DNA of 63,780 nt, taken from positions 62,221 through 126,000 of the forward strand of contig JAAOMT010000254.1 in assembly GCA_016748015.1 (NCBI GenBank), in the 5' to 3' direction. Of the stretch, positions 11,901 through 24,887 are shown piece after piece. This stretch comes from Geosiphon pyriformis uo1. Taxonomy: Eukaryota; Fungi; Glomeromycota. Below the pieces are notes generated by a model. The model saw nothing but the letters and a program-made list of their open reading frames with translations, made no database searches and was not told the DNA's origin. A program made the position numbers and the translations under genes. Position 1 is the stretch's first letter, and each line of letters starts with the position of its first letter.

Positions 11901-12780
11901 AGCAAAAGCCATTCAAAGAGCAGATGCAAAATCTGTTACTGAATTCATTTATCAAGATTTGATCTGTCAATATGGATGTCTAAAAGAACTACTATCAGAT
12001 CAAAGAACTCACTTTGTGAATAAAACATTGGCAGAATTAAGTCAAAAATTTGGGATAAAAAGACTATTATCATTACTATACTATCCACAAACAAATAGAC
12101 TAGTTGAAAGATTTAACAGAACATTGTGTAAAGCCATTGCCAAAATCAGCCAAGAAAATTAAGATAAATAAGATTTAATTATATTATCAGTATTATTTGC
12201 TTATCAAACAATGAAGCAAAACACTACACAAGCAACACTATTTAAATTAGTATATGGTAGAACAGTGACATTACCAGTTGAGATAGAAGTTAAGACATAT
12301 TTAACAGAACCAATAACAGAAGAGAATTTTCAAAGAACATTGTTGAGAAGAACATATGACTTAATGGAAACACTAGAAAACACACAGCAAAAAACAGCTG
12401 ATAACATTCAGAAGTTACAAAAAAAACAAAAAGAAAGACATAATAACCAACTACCAGAAAAACCAGTTGAATTCAAGATTGGAGACAAAGTACTTTTACA
12501 TTGTACTAAAGCAGAAAAACAATGAAGTGGAAAATTTGACCCCAAATGAGATGAACCATTTCACATAAAAAAAATTCTTGGAAATAGAGCTTATAAATTA
12601 AGATTAAACAACAAAATCTTAACCAAAGCAGCACATAGTAATCAACTGAAACAATATTACCATATAGTATCATCATTTACCAGTAATATTTTACAATTAG
12701 AAATACAGAAAATACTAGTCAAACCAGATAAGATTCTACAAGATCTAGAACCAATTATAATCATTGAACCAAACACATAA
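8901..12780 (+). pseudogene. pol: pol of family A: linker - dUTPase - RT - RNase H - integrase, no chromodomain
   Basis: RT motifs RFCVDYQKLN, FSTLDLDSGYWQV, VMPFGLMNAPATFQ and YLD(N) at 10571. RNase H motifs KPFIITT(N)A and YASRSL. Integrase H..H/CDAC, GIDLV, SDQ.THF, QTN.LVERFNRT and GPY/F-like KFDPKW.EPF. Confidence 0.93.
9149..9542 (+). pseudogene. dut: dUTPase domain of family A pol
   Basis: All five trimeric dUTPase motifs in G>A-eroded form: NAEFNL (DAGFDL), KSSLAKKG (RSSL), RIINAEYIGNI (GIIDAGY.GNI), EKIAQ and RGIQRFRSM (RG.QGFGST). Confidence 0.88.
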
Positions 12781-12838
12781 AATTGAACAACCAAGAAATA
12801 TAAAAAGACACAGTATATGCAACAAAAAACAGCAGAAA

Positions 12839-13468
12839 ATAGAAATTACTAACAGCATTCACTTATTAACACAACAACTTTTTCAACTAATTCAACAACA
12901 AGAGATGAAAATTACAATTAACCAAAAAACTATCAGATACACAAACATCAGAAAAGAATTATGAGATAAAAAATGGAGAAAAACAAAAACCACTATGGAC
13001 AAAATAATCACAAAAGTAAAATTGGCAGTAAAAACACAACCAAAAGTCACTCAATATCAAGAGCTGACTAAAAAAACTTGGGATTGGTGAATACAACAAT
13101 TTTCAAGAAACTTTTGTTACTTTTATTTGGGACAATACTTGAAAATTTAGGGCTTGTATATGGATAAAACAAAATAATTATTTGACACAACAATATTGCA
13201 ACAACTGGAACAATTTATGAGAAAGAACAATTTGACCACACAAGCAAGAGCCATTTATCAGTTACATACTGGATTTCAAGATTGACCAGAAATCTTACTC
13301 AATCCAGAAATAAACTCCATTACCATTAACCAAATGGGAAAAATAACCAATGCTCAATTTGAAAAATTACAGAACAAGATAGCACAGGTATTTCTTGAAA
13401 AAGAAGTTCAAAAAATACTCAAAGACAGAGAATTAGAATTGGAAGATCTCAATAAAGCTCAATATTAA
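12839..13468 (+). pseudogene. ORF3 (unknown protein, ~209 aa) between integrase and PPT, family A
   Basis: One frame with 5 internal stops, most explained by single C>T/G>A changes. Start ATG>ATA; ends LNKAQY* abutting the PPT. Homologous to the equivalents in A', C and D. Confidence 0.78.
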
Positions 13469-13482
13469 AGAGAAGGAAATAA
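13467..13482 (+). promoter_or_regulatory. Polypurine tract (AAAGAGAAGGAAATAA)
   Basis: Immediately 5' of the TGTTAC LTR start. Confidence 0.85.
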
Positions 13483-14337
13483 TGTTACTCATAGAATATA
13501 GGAAGTATATTAGTATATAAATTAGCCAATTAGAAGTAACTGTAATAAATGTGGAATTTCAAGATTCCTCTTAAAGAAATTACAGGATTTCAAGAATTTT
13601 AGGATTCTCATACAAGGAATTGCAGGATTCCAGAATTCCAGGATTTCTCCCAAAAGAATTGCAGAATTTCTGGAATTCTAGGATTCTTGGTGTAAAGAAT
13701 TGAGGAATTGAGAAATCTTAATTATGTATATATAGCAGTAATATTAGAAGTAGAAAAGACAGATCTCTCTATTTAAATTTGATCTAAGCAACCTTCCATT
13801 TACAAATATTAATAAATAATTATTCACTATTTCAATTCACTCTCCACTATCAACACTTCATGTTAATAGTAATTGATACTTAATCACACTAGAACAATAG
13901 CTCTTGATCATGACTATTGATGGAATACTAATGTGCAAAATTGCCTTGGCTTATGTTTCTTATTTTTCTTTATTTTTTTTTCTTGCTTTATTTTTTTTGT
14001 TATTTGTTAAACTTAATTAAAAGGATTTACATGTAGAAATACTAATGTCAAAATAAAGTGACTGGTAAAAGACCCAGAAATAAGGGTAGAACACTCAATT
14101 AAGGATAGCTTACCAGAAGGGTTACTGGCTATTACACTGAAAAAGAAATTGACAAAACTGCAGTTTCAAGAAGCTATGAATAAAACAATCAATTAAATCT
14201 CTGTTCATTATACAAAAGACTTAACCAAAACCTTCAGAAAAACACATCTTCAAATATTACCAACAGCAGTATATCAATTAAACACCAAGTTATGGGTTTG
14301 TTATTTGCTTTAAGACCCTAAATAATTACCTGTAACA
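13483..14337 (+). repeat. 3' LTR, family A
   Basis: TGTTAC...GTAACA terminal inverted repeat, preceded by a PPT; homologous to 35416-36291. Confidence 0.92.
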
Positions 14338-15212
14338 GTGCTTAATAGCTTTTATAATTGGTAATATCTGAAAGTTTTGGTAATCTGAAGGTTTTCATAT
14401 CTGAAAATTTTGGGTTAGAGTCTTTTATGTAATGAACAGAAATTCAATAGTTGTTTTTAATAGCTTTTCAGTATAATTATTCTATTAATTTCTTTTTTCA
14501 GCATAATGGCCAGTTTATTTTGGCAGTTATGCTTTTCTGGTAAGCTATCTATTAATTTATAAATTCTAAATTCTTATTTCTAGGTCTTTTACCAGACTAT
14601 CTTTGACTTCAATTAATTAGCACTTAATCTCTTAAATCAGTTAGTAAATAAAAAAATAAAAAAAAATAAAAAAAAAATAAAAAAATAAGAATTAATATTT
14701 CATCAATAGTTATAATCAAGAGCTATTGTTTCAGTGTGATTAAGTATTGGATATTATTAACATAGAGTGTTGATAATAAATAAATAGTGAAGATTTTTAA
14801 TCAAATGACAATAACATAGATTAGATAATAATAAGTATGTTTATTAGATATTTTTAGTAAGTTTATTTTGGTTAATATTACTATTTATAAAATGAAAGTT
14901 AATTAATAGATAAAAAAAGAGATGTTCAATTAAAACTGAACTGAATTCTGAATACTTTTTTTGCTTTTAATGCTATTGCTATATATACATAATTGGTATT
15001 ACATAAAATTTCTGAAATCTTGTAATTTCTTCAGAAAAATCCTACAATTCTAGAATTCTGGAATTCTACAATTTTTTACAAAGAATTTTAGAATTCTGCA
15101 ATTCTGCAATTTTGCAATTCCTTCAGAAGAATCCTGAAATTTTTTTGTTACTATGCCTATTTTTAATTGGCTATTTCTCTAACTATAATATTCCTAATTT
15201 TTATGAATAATA
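14338..15212 (-). repeat. 5' LTR of family A' element, missing ~52 terminal bp where family A inserted
   Basis: Aligns with 3656-4543; no PPT next to 15212. Confidence 0.85.
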
Positions 15213-18200
15213 ACAATTATTTAACTTCTATTATATTCTAATTCAGATTTGCTAAACCAAATCTAATATTATTATTATAAACATATTTTCTAATAGATTT
15301 GCTAAATTATTACAATATTAGAATTTTTATTCAAAAAACAAAAATAAACAACAGTTAATAATGTTCTTTATAAAAAATTTGTTAATATTTCAAAATTATT
15401 ATGACATAAAACATAACAATATTGTAATTTACTTTAATTATAAATATTTAAAACTTTATATTTTTTGTTTAATTGTCTTTAAAATAATTAAAAAATGTGC
15501 AAAGTAGTTAAATATTAAAATTAATAAAATTTTAAAAAGATCTATTTAACACAAAAGTAATAAATTTTTATTATTAAACCAAGCTTTAAGTTATTAGGTA
15601 GAATAAATAACTATAGCCATTATTAAATTCAATAATTAACTAATTAAAAAGAAATTTGCCAAATTTTTTAATATACACAAAAATAAAATACAATTCTCAA
15701 ATACATAAAAAAATAAAATTAGTTATATATTTACTAATTTTATGATAAAATAAAAATTATATCAACTAAAAGTTTATTAAAAGAATAAAAAAATTAAAAA
15801 TCATTATATCTGAATTTAATCCTGCTATACTGATAAAACAGGATTAGTTTTTTATATAGAACTAAATTAAATATTTATAAAATATTAAAATACAAAAAAA
15901 AATTAGTATATTATATTTACTAATTGTTATTATTATATATTATTATTATATTATATTAATTGGGTTTTTTATAGAATAAATTTCGAATTATAATTTTTTT
16001 TGCTATAAATTCAATTAGATTTTACAAATTGCAATCTTTAGTAATTAACCATGTAAAAAATCCAAGATACTTTAAAAAAATTAATATTTTTAATTTACTT
16101 GTAAATTACAAATTTAATTTTAAAGCATAGATGTGCTTAAATATATAAAAAACATAACTCAAATATATAAATAAAGATTTTTAAATTCAAAAAATTAATA
16201 TATATTACTTTTAGTTAATAATATATTTAAATTAAAGAAAATTTATTTCAATTAACCAATATTATTTTGTACTATTTTTTTTTAAATACTATATTACATT
16301 TTTAATTAATAAATACTGGTATTATTAAATTTTTTAAAAGCAAATATAAGTATTTATATTGTCAAAATATTTTATATTAATTTGAACAAAAAATTAATAT
16401 TAAACAATTATGTAAGATAATATATATAATTTTATCTAATATTAATTTATTTTTTAGAAATAAATTAAACATAAAACAAACAATTGATTATGTTAGTCGA
16501 TCATGGTTTTAAGTAATATATGTTATAATTTAAAACTATTAACAAAAAACAGATATTTTTTTCTATAATTAAAAATTAGAAATTTAAGAATTTAAAACAT
16601 TAATTACTATAAATATATTCAACAATTTACCATTAAATACACAACAATTAGTCAAAAATCTCAAAAATTATACTGTAATAGTTAATGAATTATTAACAAC
16701 TGAAAATATTTTTAATAATAATAAAATTGTAAATATAATTTTAATTAATATTTAAATTAAAACCAATATAATTAATAACTTAAAAAAAAATCATAAAAAT
16801 TTTTACTTGTTATAATTACAATTACAAAAATACATAAATCATTAAAAAAAATAATTAGATTTGAAAAACAATTAGCAAAAAAAAATTTTAATATAAAAAA
16901 CCAAAATTTACTTAGAAAAAAATTATATAAATATGAAAAAATGAAAAATTTTTAAAAACAAGTAATAATTAATCAATATTTTAATAATAATAATTAATTA
17001 ATTTAATAAATAAAAATAGTTTATTTGATAATAATTATAAAACTTTATAATAAAACATCTTTAAAATAAAACATAATTTGCATATTTTAATTGTGTTTTT
17101 TTATAAAAATTTGATTGTATTTATTAAAAAATACAACTAATATTTGATATTAAATTTTAAAAATACTAATATAAAGCATAAAATTAAATAAAAAATTTGT
17201 TTTAAAAAATTAATATAAAAAATATATATTGTTTTTAATAATATTAAAATTACTGTTTTGAAATTAATTATCTTTATATATATTTTTATTATTATTATAA
17301 TAAATATAATTGTATAAATTTAAATATAAACTAATATGTACAAATATAATTTGGTTAATAAGAATAATTTTATTTGTTTATTAATTTTTAGTTTGTTATT
17401 AAATTTGTTTAATAATACAATATAATTATTTAATATTGCTAAAACATATATTATAAATTTTAGATTATATATATATTGTTTGTTTTTTTGATTTAAACAA
17501 TAATATAACAATATAAATACATAATATAGTTTTAATTGATCCAAATAATTTATTATATGTAGTAAATATATAATATTTAATTTTTTTAGTAATTATATAA
17601 GTAAATTTTTTAATTATAAAAAAATAAAATCTAAAAATAAAATACAATAAATATTTATATTACTTATTTTTTTTAATTTTTAATTTAAATATTTGTAAAT
17701 AAAAATTATTTGTTAATATTTATATGGTTTAACTTTTTTTAATTTATATTATTAAAATTAAAAAATTATTTGTTTACTTTTGTAATTTATTAAATAAAAA
17801 AATAAATAAAAAACAATAATATTTATTATTAATTTTAAAAATTACCAAATAAAATATGAAATAATAACAGTAATATTATTTTATTAACAATTATAAACTA
17901 TTTTTTTATTTTTAAATTTCTTAACAAAAATTAAGTAGTTGTAATTTTAAAACTAATTATATATATTAAATTTTTACAAATTTAAAATTTATTACTCTTA
18001 ATAGTTTTTTTTGTTATTTATTAGCTTATTATTCAAATTAGTAATAATTTAATATATAATACTTTAAAATAAATATAATTTATATATTTTTTACATATAA
18101 TTAATTATTAAAATTATGTTATATAATATTAATATTAATATTAATATATAATAAACTAATAAATTAAATAATATTAAAATATAATTCAAAAACCAAAATT

Positions 18201-18270
18201 ATATTTTTAAATTTAAAACAAAAAATTATATTATAAACAAAACTAATATTATATAAATTAATATTATTTT
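15213..18270. other. Extremely AT-rich desert, probably terminally mutated repeats
   Basis: Almost no G/C, CpG nearly absent, no credible ORF. Confidence 0.6.
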
Positions 18271-18353
18271 TTAAAAACTTTTTTCTCTTCTTTGTTCCAA
18301 ATTTCCAAAAAAAAGTCAAAAGTTTTTTGAAAGAAGTTTTTTATCATTCAGTA

Positions 18354-20193
18354 TGATAAATTCAAACTGTTTTTGCTTGATTATAAAGCCACTGTTAGTT
18401 TTAGTATTGCTATTATAAAAAAAGCTGTTAAAAATTTTGGCTCTGGTAGTAGTTTTAAGACTGTTTTGTCAAGAAAAAAAAGAAGAAATGGTGTTCTAAA
18501 AAATAGTGTTGATAACAAAAAGAGTACAAAGTAGTTATTTATGAAGTTCAGAAGCTGGTAATATCACCAAACCTGATAGTATTGATATAGAAGAGGAGTG
18601 TCTGGTAGAGGAGATTAGTTTTGATTATGGTAAGAGTAATGCTTATATTAATAAAGATTTTAATCAAATACTTAAAAATTTGCAGGTCAAAACCAAGAAA
18701 GCATTAGATAAACTATTGAAAAAAATCAATTTTTCTAATAGTGGTACTAATGATAATATTTTTTTGGATGCTCTTCTGGAACTCCTCTTTTTCTTGAAGA
18801 ATTTGGTCAATATCTTTGTATGTAAATCTTTTGTTTTGGATATTGGCTTGAATAAGGTAGTTGGGAAATCCTCTTAAGAAAAGCTAGTGGCAATTAAGAA
18901 ATTATTTTCAAAAATCAATGGTTTTGAAGGGGTTTTTACTTCCTTAAAATTTTTGGGATTATTTAAGCAATGTTCACTTCTGAATCAAGCTTGGCTCAAG
19001 CTTCTGATATGACAAAAATGGCAAAAATGGCAAAAATCTTGGTAAACACCAATCTCAAAAAATCTGTTAGACATTTAGATTAGGCTGTGGTGGTAAAAGA
19101 AATTCCAGTTGGAACATTAGCTAAGGCTGTATGCAGTGCACTATTTGAGTTTGAAATAATTAAATTAATCAAGATGCAATTGATAGAACTTTAATAAAAG
19201 GCTATAGTTGAGTTTAAGCAATTAGATTATGCTGATTTGATTACAGCAAAGTGGTTCATTTTAATTGGGAAAGATACCATATGTGTTGCTAAATCTGATA
19301 AAGACAAGAAATTTTGGAATGAAAAAAATAATTATAGAGCACTGCTTTACACTTTGTCTTTGGAAACTAATGCACATAATATTTGGAATTATGTTAGCTT
19401 AGTGAATAAAAAGACCTGTATTATTAACTATCATCCAATTACTTATGCTTGAACCAGATGTGCAATTGTTTGTTTTGACTCTGCAGCTTCTCTGGATGCT
19501 GTTATGAAAATCATACCAATGTTATAGAATGCCAATCTATATTGGTCTCAGTTGGGTTCTGCCAAATATGCTAAGTATAGGAAACTGAGTCACATATTAT
19601 TGGGCTGTGTTTTTGGTGGGAAAAATTCTTTTGGTGCTTCTTCTCATAAGATGCTATCTGAAAAGAATAAAAGCAGACTGGCTTCCATCTATGCTAAGCA
19701 TTTAGCTTTTATTGCTCACCCTGTTTTTTTTGATGATACTTCTTAAACAAAAATTGTTGGTGAGTCTTCTTTCTTTTCTTTTCTTGTATATAATGGTTTG
19801 GCTTATTCTGGTTCTTCTTTAGAAATAAAACCTCTTTTGCCTGTTGTCAATAAGTTGAAATTACATTTTGTGAACATTAAAAACAGTCTTATCAGTCTCA
19901 CAGAACAAATAAGTAAGTTGGCTAAGAGGTTGGAGTCACTTGTGCTAATGGTTTTTCAGCTTAACTCTGGATGTTAGCTATTAGTAATTCCCCCATTACA
20001 GGATCAAGTAAGCAATATAGTGATAGAAAAAGACTTAGATGAGACCACTAGTGATAAAACTATTATGGTTTTGGGTTTTTCTGCCCCCCCTAATGTGATG
20101 TAATTGGAAAACATGCTGGAAGAACTTACTGCTTTAATGTTAAGTCTGTTGACATGTTTTGACAGTTTGGTTTTGGCTAGTAATGCACTTTCT
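18354..20193 (+). pseudogene. LINE ORF1 relic (RRM-like segments + zinc knuckle)
   Basis: AVVVK.IPVGT..IKLIKMQL..KAIVEF and RALLYTL..ETNAH.IW are RRM-like. AKYAKYRKLSHILLGC is an eroded CxxC-x4-H-x4-C. Confidence 0.65.
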
Positions 20194-20209
20194 AAATCTC
20201 TTTCTCAAT

Positions 20210-23200
20210 AAATGGTTTGATGTGAAAAATTACTACATGTAATGTTAGAGAAATAAACAATTCTACAAAACAGATTGATATTATTTGTTGGCACAAAGAC
20301 ATAAACAATTTAATTTCTATTTTCACAGAAACAAAGCTGAAAGGAAAGATTTGCCCATAGATTGTCAACAAATTTAATGGCATTTAAGTATTTACTTCTG
20401 GTTTAGATTCTGAATATTTGAGTGCTGGTGTTATAATTGTCATGAATTTTTCTTTGACAAAACATATGTGTAAGATTTTTGAGATGTCTGGTCAGCTCTT
20501 TTCTGTTAAATTAGTTTTCAAAAATAAACTTTTTGTTTTGATTTTGGGGCTTTACACTGGCATTTCTTCAGTGATTCAATTTTTTCAAGCTAGTGAAATC
20601 AATTTTCTGGTTGCAAAGACTGTGAATAAGTTTTTTTTCATTATCTTAGATGGCAATTTCAATGAAAATAGTTCTCATAAGTGTGCCAGTTTCAAAAAGT
20701 GTCTTGATTTGGAGTTGATCAACTTGTTGGTTGAGAGTTTATTTACAAGATTGTCTACATAAAAAAACTTCAGAAATGTGTTCAAAACAATTAATTATGT
20801 GTTTGTTTTTTTAAATTTGGTTAATGCAATAGTGGATCATAAAGTTAAGGATGTTAGTAATTACTTTAACTCGAATTACCAAGCCATTTTTGTTTTTGTT
20901 GGTTTGGATGGCTTGTTAAATGTACATCTAAATCTTTTGTGTAAACAGGCTAATAAAAACCATTGAAAATTTGACATCAAATATGTTGATGAAACAAAAT
21001 AGATTAATTTTAAGAATACTACAGTGGCTAATATAATCTTGTTCTCTATGAGTTTATCTTTTCTAATAATTTTTTGGATCTGAATTCTATGTAAGATGTT
21101 GTTCGCAAAGTAATGATTTTTTTGGCTAAAGAAACATTTAAGAAAAAATGGTTTAAGAATTTTGATGGTGTTTTTACCAAGAACTTCTCTAAATTTCACA
21201 GACTGAAAGTTTTAATTTCGAAAATTGTTAAGACCTTTCATGTGGAGGACAATAATAAATTTGTATCTTTAATAAGCAGCTAAGAAGTTTTAAACTTTGA
21301 TAAGGCTTCAACTATTCAAGTTTTATTGGAGTCCAGTACAAGTTTTGATCATTTGAGATCTGCTCTTTTTGGCATAAGAAAAGCTTATTATGTTTCCAAT
21401 CTTGTCAAATTTCTAAAAGCTAAGAAGTTAGCTATTAGGTCTGCTATTAATAGGTGAATAAAAAGTTTTGCTTCTGATAAAAATTATATTATTAGGAGTG
21501 TATTGGAATGTCCTTTTTATAAAGTGAAATTAGATTATTTAGTCATTAATAATGAATTGATTCTTGAATCTGATCTGGTTAAGACCAAGATAGATGTGAT
21601 TATGGAGGGATGGACTAGGAAATATGTAGTGGTTTTTGATATTTTTAGTGATTGGTCTTGTCAATACCAGTTATTAAAATATGTTTTTGATGCTGTTTTT
21701 TCAGATATAATATGTCTGGTTGACTTTGATAAATTGTTTTGTGTAATTTTTGATCTGCCTGATGGCAAAGCCACTGATTTTTTTGGTATCTTAAATGAGC
21801 TTTGGAAACATTGCAACAAATCAGTTTTAGATATGCTTTTGGTGCTCTTAAACACTTGTTTGTTTCGTAAATTCATGCCCAGTTCTTGAAAAAAGACTTG
21901 GATCTTGATAATTCTCAAGCCATATGAATAAGAGTGTGTTCTTATAAATACTTGTCTTATTACTCTAATTGAAATGGCTTGTAAAATTCTCTCTAAGATT
22001 CTGTTTAATAGAATTTTGTTAATATGTAGCAACTTTAATGTTCTTTGTGAGAACAATTTTTCAGTTCTGAAAGATATGACTATGTAGTCTCCCATTTATG
22101 CAGTCGGATTTGTAATAAAAGATGCTTTGAAAAAAAACTGTAAACTCTGGCTGGTTTTGCAAAACATATAAAAGACTTATAATTTTGTTGATTGGAAGCA
22201 TCATAAGAAAGACTTGATTAGAATTAAAATGTGTAACAAGTTTATTTGTTTTTTTGGTAGTATTCATGATAATCACATCAACAAAATTATGATTGACTTT
22301 AGTTTAATAAATAGTTATTATGTACATGATGATTTAAATTAGAAAGAGATCTTCTCACTTTTTCTCTAGTGCATATTTTATGATCTCTTTCTTTGTAAAG
22401 TCAAAAAACAGAAAAGTGTGTATGGGTATAGGTTAGATTCTTACTTTATTTCAAAAAATAGTCATGCAAAATCTAGAGCTGAGTTGTTTTTCTTTTTTGC
22501 TGCTAGAGCTTTTGTTGATGATACAATTTGAGTTGGTAACAGTCAAAATGCCACTCAACATATTCTTAATGTTGCCAGTGAATTTTTTTGGATTAATAAT
22601 ATTTTTATCAATACTAATAAAACTGTAGTCATCCTTATTAATTGCAGAGTTGTCAGTTCTACTTTGTTTATTAGTGGTTCACCTATTTCTATTGCCAAAA
22701 AAAGAGAATCTTATTAATATTTGGGTATTTTTCTGTTAATTAAAAGTTTCTTGAAGTCTAGCTTAGGCACATTTTGATGTTTGTTTTTTTACCAATCTTA
22801 TGCTAAAAAAGGCCATTTTAGATAAGCAGTTTTTGTATTTGGTATTAGCCATTCTCTATTCTATTGTCAGCTACAGAATGCAATTGAGTTTTATTCTTAT
22901 TGGTGTGTACAATAAGTAAGATGTCTTGATCTGTAAAAACCTAAAATTAAAATTTGGTCTGTCTCTTGATTTTCCAAGTAATACAATCCATTATTTCTCT
23001 TTTTATGATTTAAAAACTTTTAAGCAGATTCAATTTAAGAATAAATTGGCATTGCTTGTAAGTTTTGGAAACTTTGATGATATTTTGGGTCATTTGTTTT
23101 CTCACAAGTTTTATGACTTGCAAGTTTTGTGTTGGCACCCTATTTATCTCTTAAGTTCTTCAGTTTATACTTAAGTCAGTTCTTCTAATAACTTTTTGGC

Positions 23201-24887
23201 AGGAGTGGTCTGTATTTTTTTTGATTACAATTTGTCTCTGAATGGCCTTATGTATAATTCTTTTTGTTTTTAGGACAGAGTGTTCATGTCAACTGTTCTT
23301 GGTGAGTCTAAATTTTTAAAGTTTCTTTTTTCATTCTAACATTATAGTATTGTCTTTATAAATTAACTTCATGATTGTTATGGTGATATTTTTAATTGAA
23401 AAACCTTCAGATAGTAAAAAAAGTTGGACTTTTGCAGCCCTATTTCTAACTGGTTCAATCTTTCTGTTGCCTTTCTTAATAACTTGGCTTTTTTTTCTGC
23501 TTGTTTTTTTTTTTTAAAGATAGTATTGGTCCTTTAAATGTTCTTAAGTCTTATGAATTTGAATCAATTAGTAATCAACTGTCTTGTATTAGTGCTGGTA
23601 ATTTATGTTTACATGAATAGATTTTTAAAAGACTTGGACACTATTAATAGGAGAGCTGGCACTATAGTTTTTTTGATAACATTAACTTGAGTTTGGGTGT
23701 TGGGGTTTCTGGCTTAATGTCTTCTACTTTAACAGAGTTACAGATTATTGTGTTGGTCTTTAAGTGTATTCCTTTTTTTAGCTCAGTTTGCTTATTTTCT
23801 GATAGCCAGGCTGTTTTGAATACATGCAAGTTAAAATTGTATTTGGTATGCTTGGATTTTCATAATCAGTATTGGATAAAACATTAGCATATTGTGGATA
23901 TTATTTATAGCAAAAATTTAAGAATTAAGTGACACAAGATGAAAAGTTATTCAAGTGTTTTAGAAAATAAATATACTAATGCTCTTGTTGCTGCCACTTC
24001 CCTTTTTAATTAGTATCTTCCTCTCTATTTAAGAAAACACTGTATTATAGCTGATGGTAATATTGTTTTTGGTAACTTTAGACATTTTGTTTATGATATT
24101 TTTAAATTTGTTTATTATATATGCTAGAAAGTTGGTTCTGGTTCTAAGATTCTGACAGATGATTTGCTTTCAGATATTGACTGGCTCAGTTTTTCTTTGG
24201 TGTGGCATTCTGATTTGCACATGGCTACAGATTTTACAAGCAAACTCTCTGTTGGCATATGCACTTATTTTATAAAGACTTTATATTATCAGCTGCTTAT
24301 TACTGTTCAGAAGCATTTATATGACAAATGCTACCTTAGTGTGTTATGTTTATACTATAATAATGTTAAGATTTTGGATCATGTGTTTTCTTGTAAAGCT
24401 GACAGTCCTATCTATTATTAATTGTTGGATGCCCATGCAAATTATTGAGAAGTGCTTTCTGGTCTTTTTTACTTCTTTTTTTATGTTTTTCAACTTTTAT
24501 TATTTTGTGCTTTTGATGTTTCTGTGTATATGGCTCTTTATAAGAGTTTTGTTATTAAGGATTGACTTCAAAAGACTATTTCTGTCTTCTGTGATTCCAA
24601 AATTGCAAGTTGAAGAGTTGTGAAATTTTTGTGCACTCTTTGTCTTGTTTTTAGGGATAATATCTGGTTAGTCTGCACTAAGCATTGTCTTTATGGAAAA
24701 GAATAGACTAATTCTACTTGATAATTCGGTTTCTGTTTCAGTTTCTGGGCTTTCTTCAGGGTTTTCTACTGGTATTATCAAGTTGCTTGGAATTGTTAAG
24801 ACATTTGGTATTTATTTTGGTTTTCATAGATCTTATTTATTTTTTTCAAGTATTAGTAATATGGCTTCAGTTTACATAGTTGCTTAA
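20210..24887 (+). pseudogene. LINE ORF2 relic: APE endonuclease, RT, RNase H, CCHC
   Basis: APE motifs TCNVR.IN, TETKL, LDGNFNE (GGDFN) and TINYVF (IDY). RT FVDD at 22511-22522. RNase H FSDSQA. CLYY..DHVFSC finger. Confidence 0.88.

Larger units (their letters stand above)
3604..15212 (-). mobile_element. Ty3/gypsy LTR retrotransposon family A' (outer element of left nest); interior largely replaced by later insertions and a deletion
   Basis: Two colinear direct-repeat LTRs (3604-4543 and 14338-15212) that differ mainly by transitions. Flanks ACAG (3600-3603) and ACAA (15213-15216) fit a mutated 4-bp TSD. Decayed PPT at 4544-4557. ORF3 and integrase tail at 4555-6143 match 12667-13468. Confidence 0.8.

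Noticed and set aside
12839-13468. Calling ORF3 a retroviral env
   Set aside because: Too short, with no signal peptide, furin site or TM anchor visible.
6144-14337. Single intact LTR element with TSD ATAC/GTGC
   Set aside because: The LTRs do not align. ATAC belongs to the A' integrase and GTGC to the A' LTR, so the resemblance is coincidental.
17320-17647. Short I/K/N/Y-rich ORFs; possible organellar insertion
   Set aside because: Chance ORFs in near-pure AT DNA; no recognisable mitochondrial genes or tRNAs.
18255-18272. Possible LINE copy 2 TSD (AATTAATATT..TTTT, also at ~25020)
   Set aside because: Low-complexity match that is not flush with a defined 5' end; cannot be supported.
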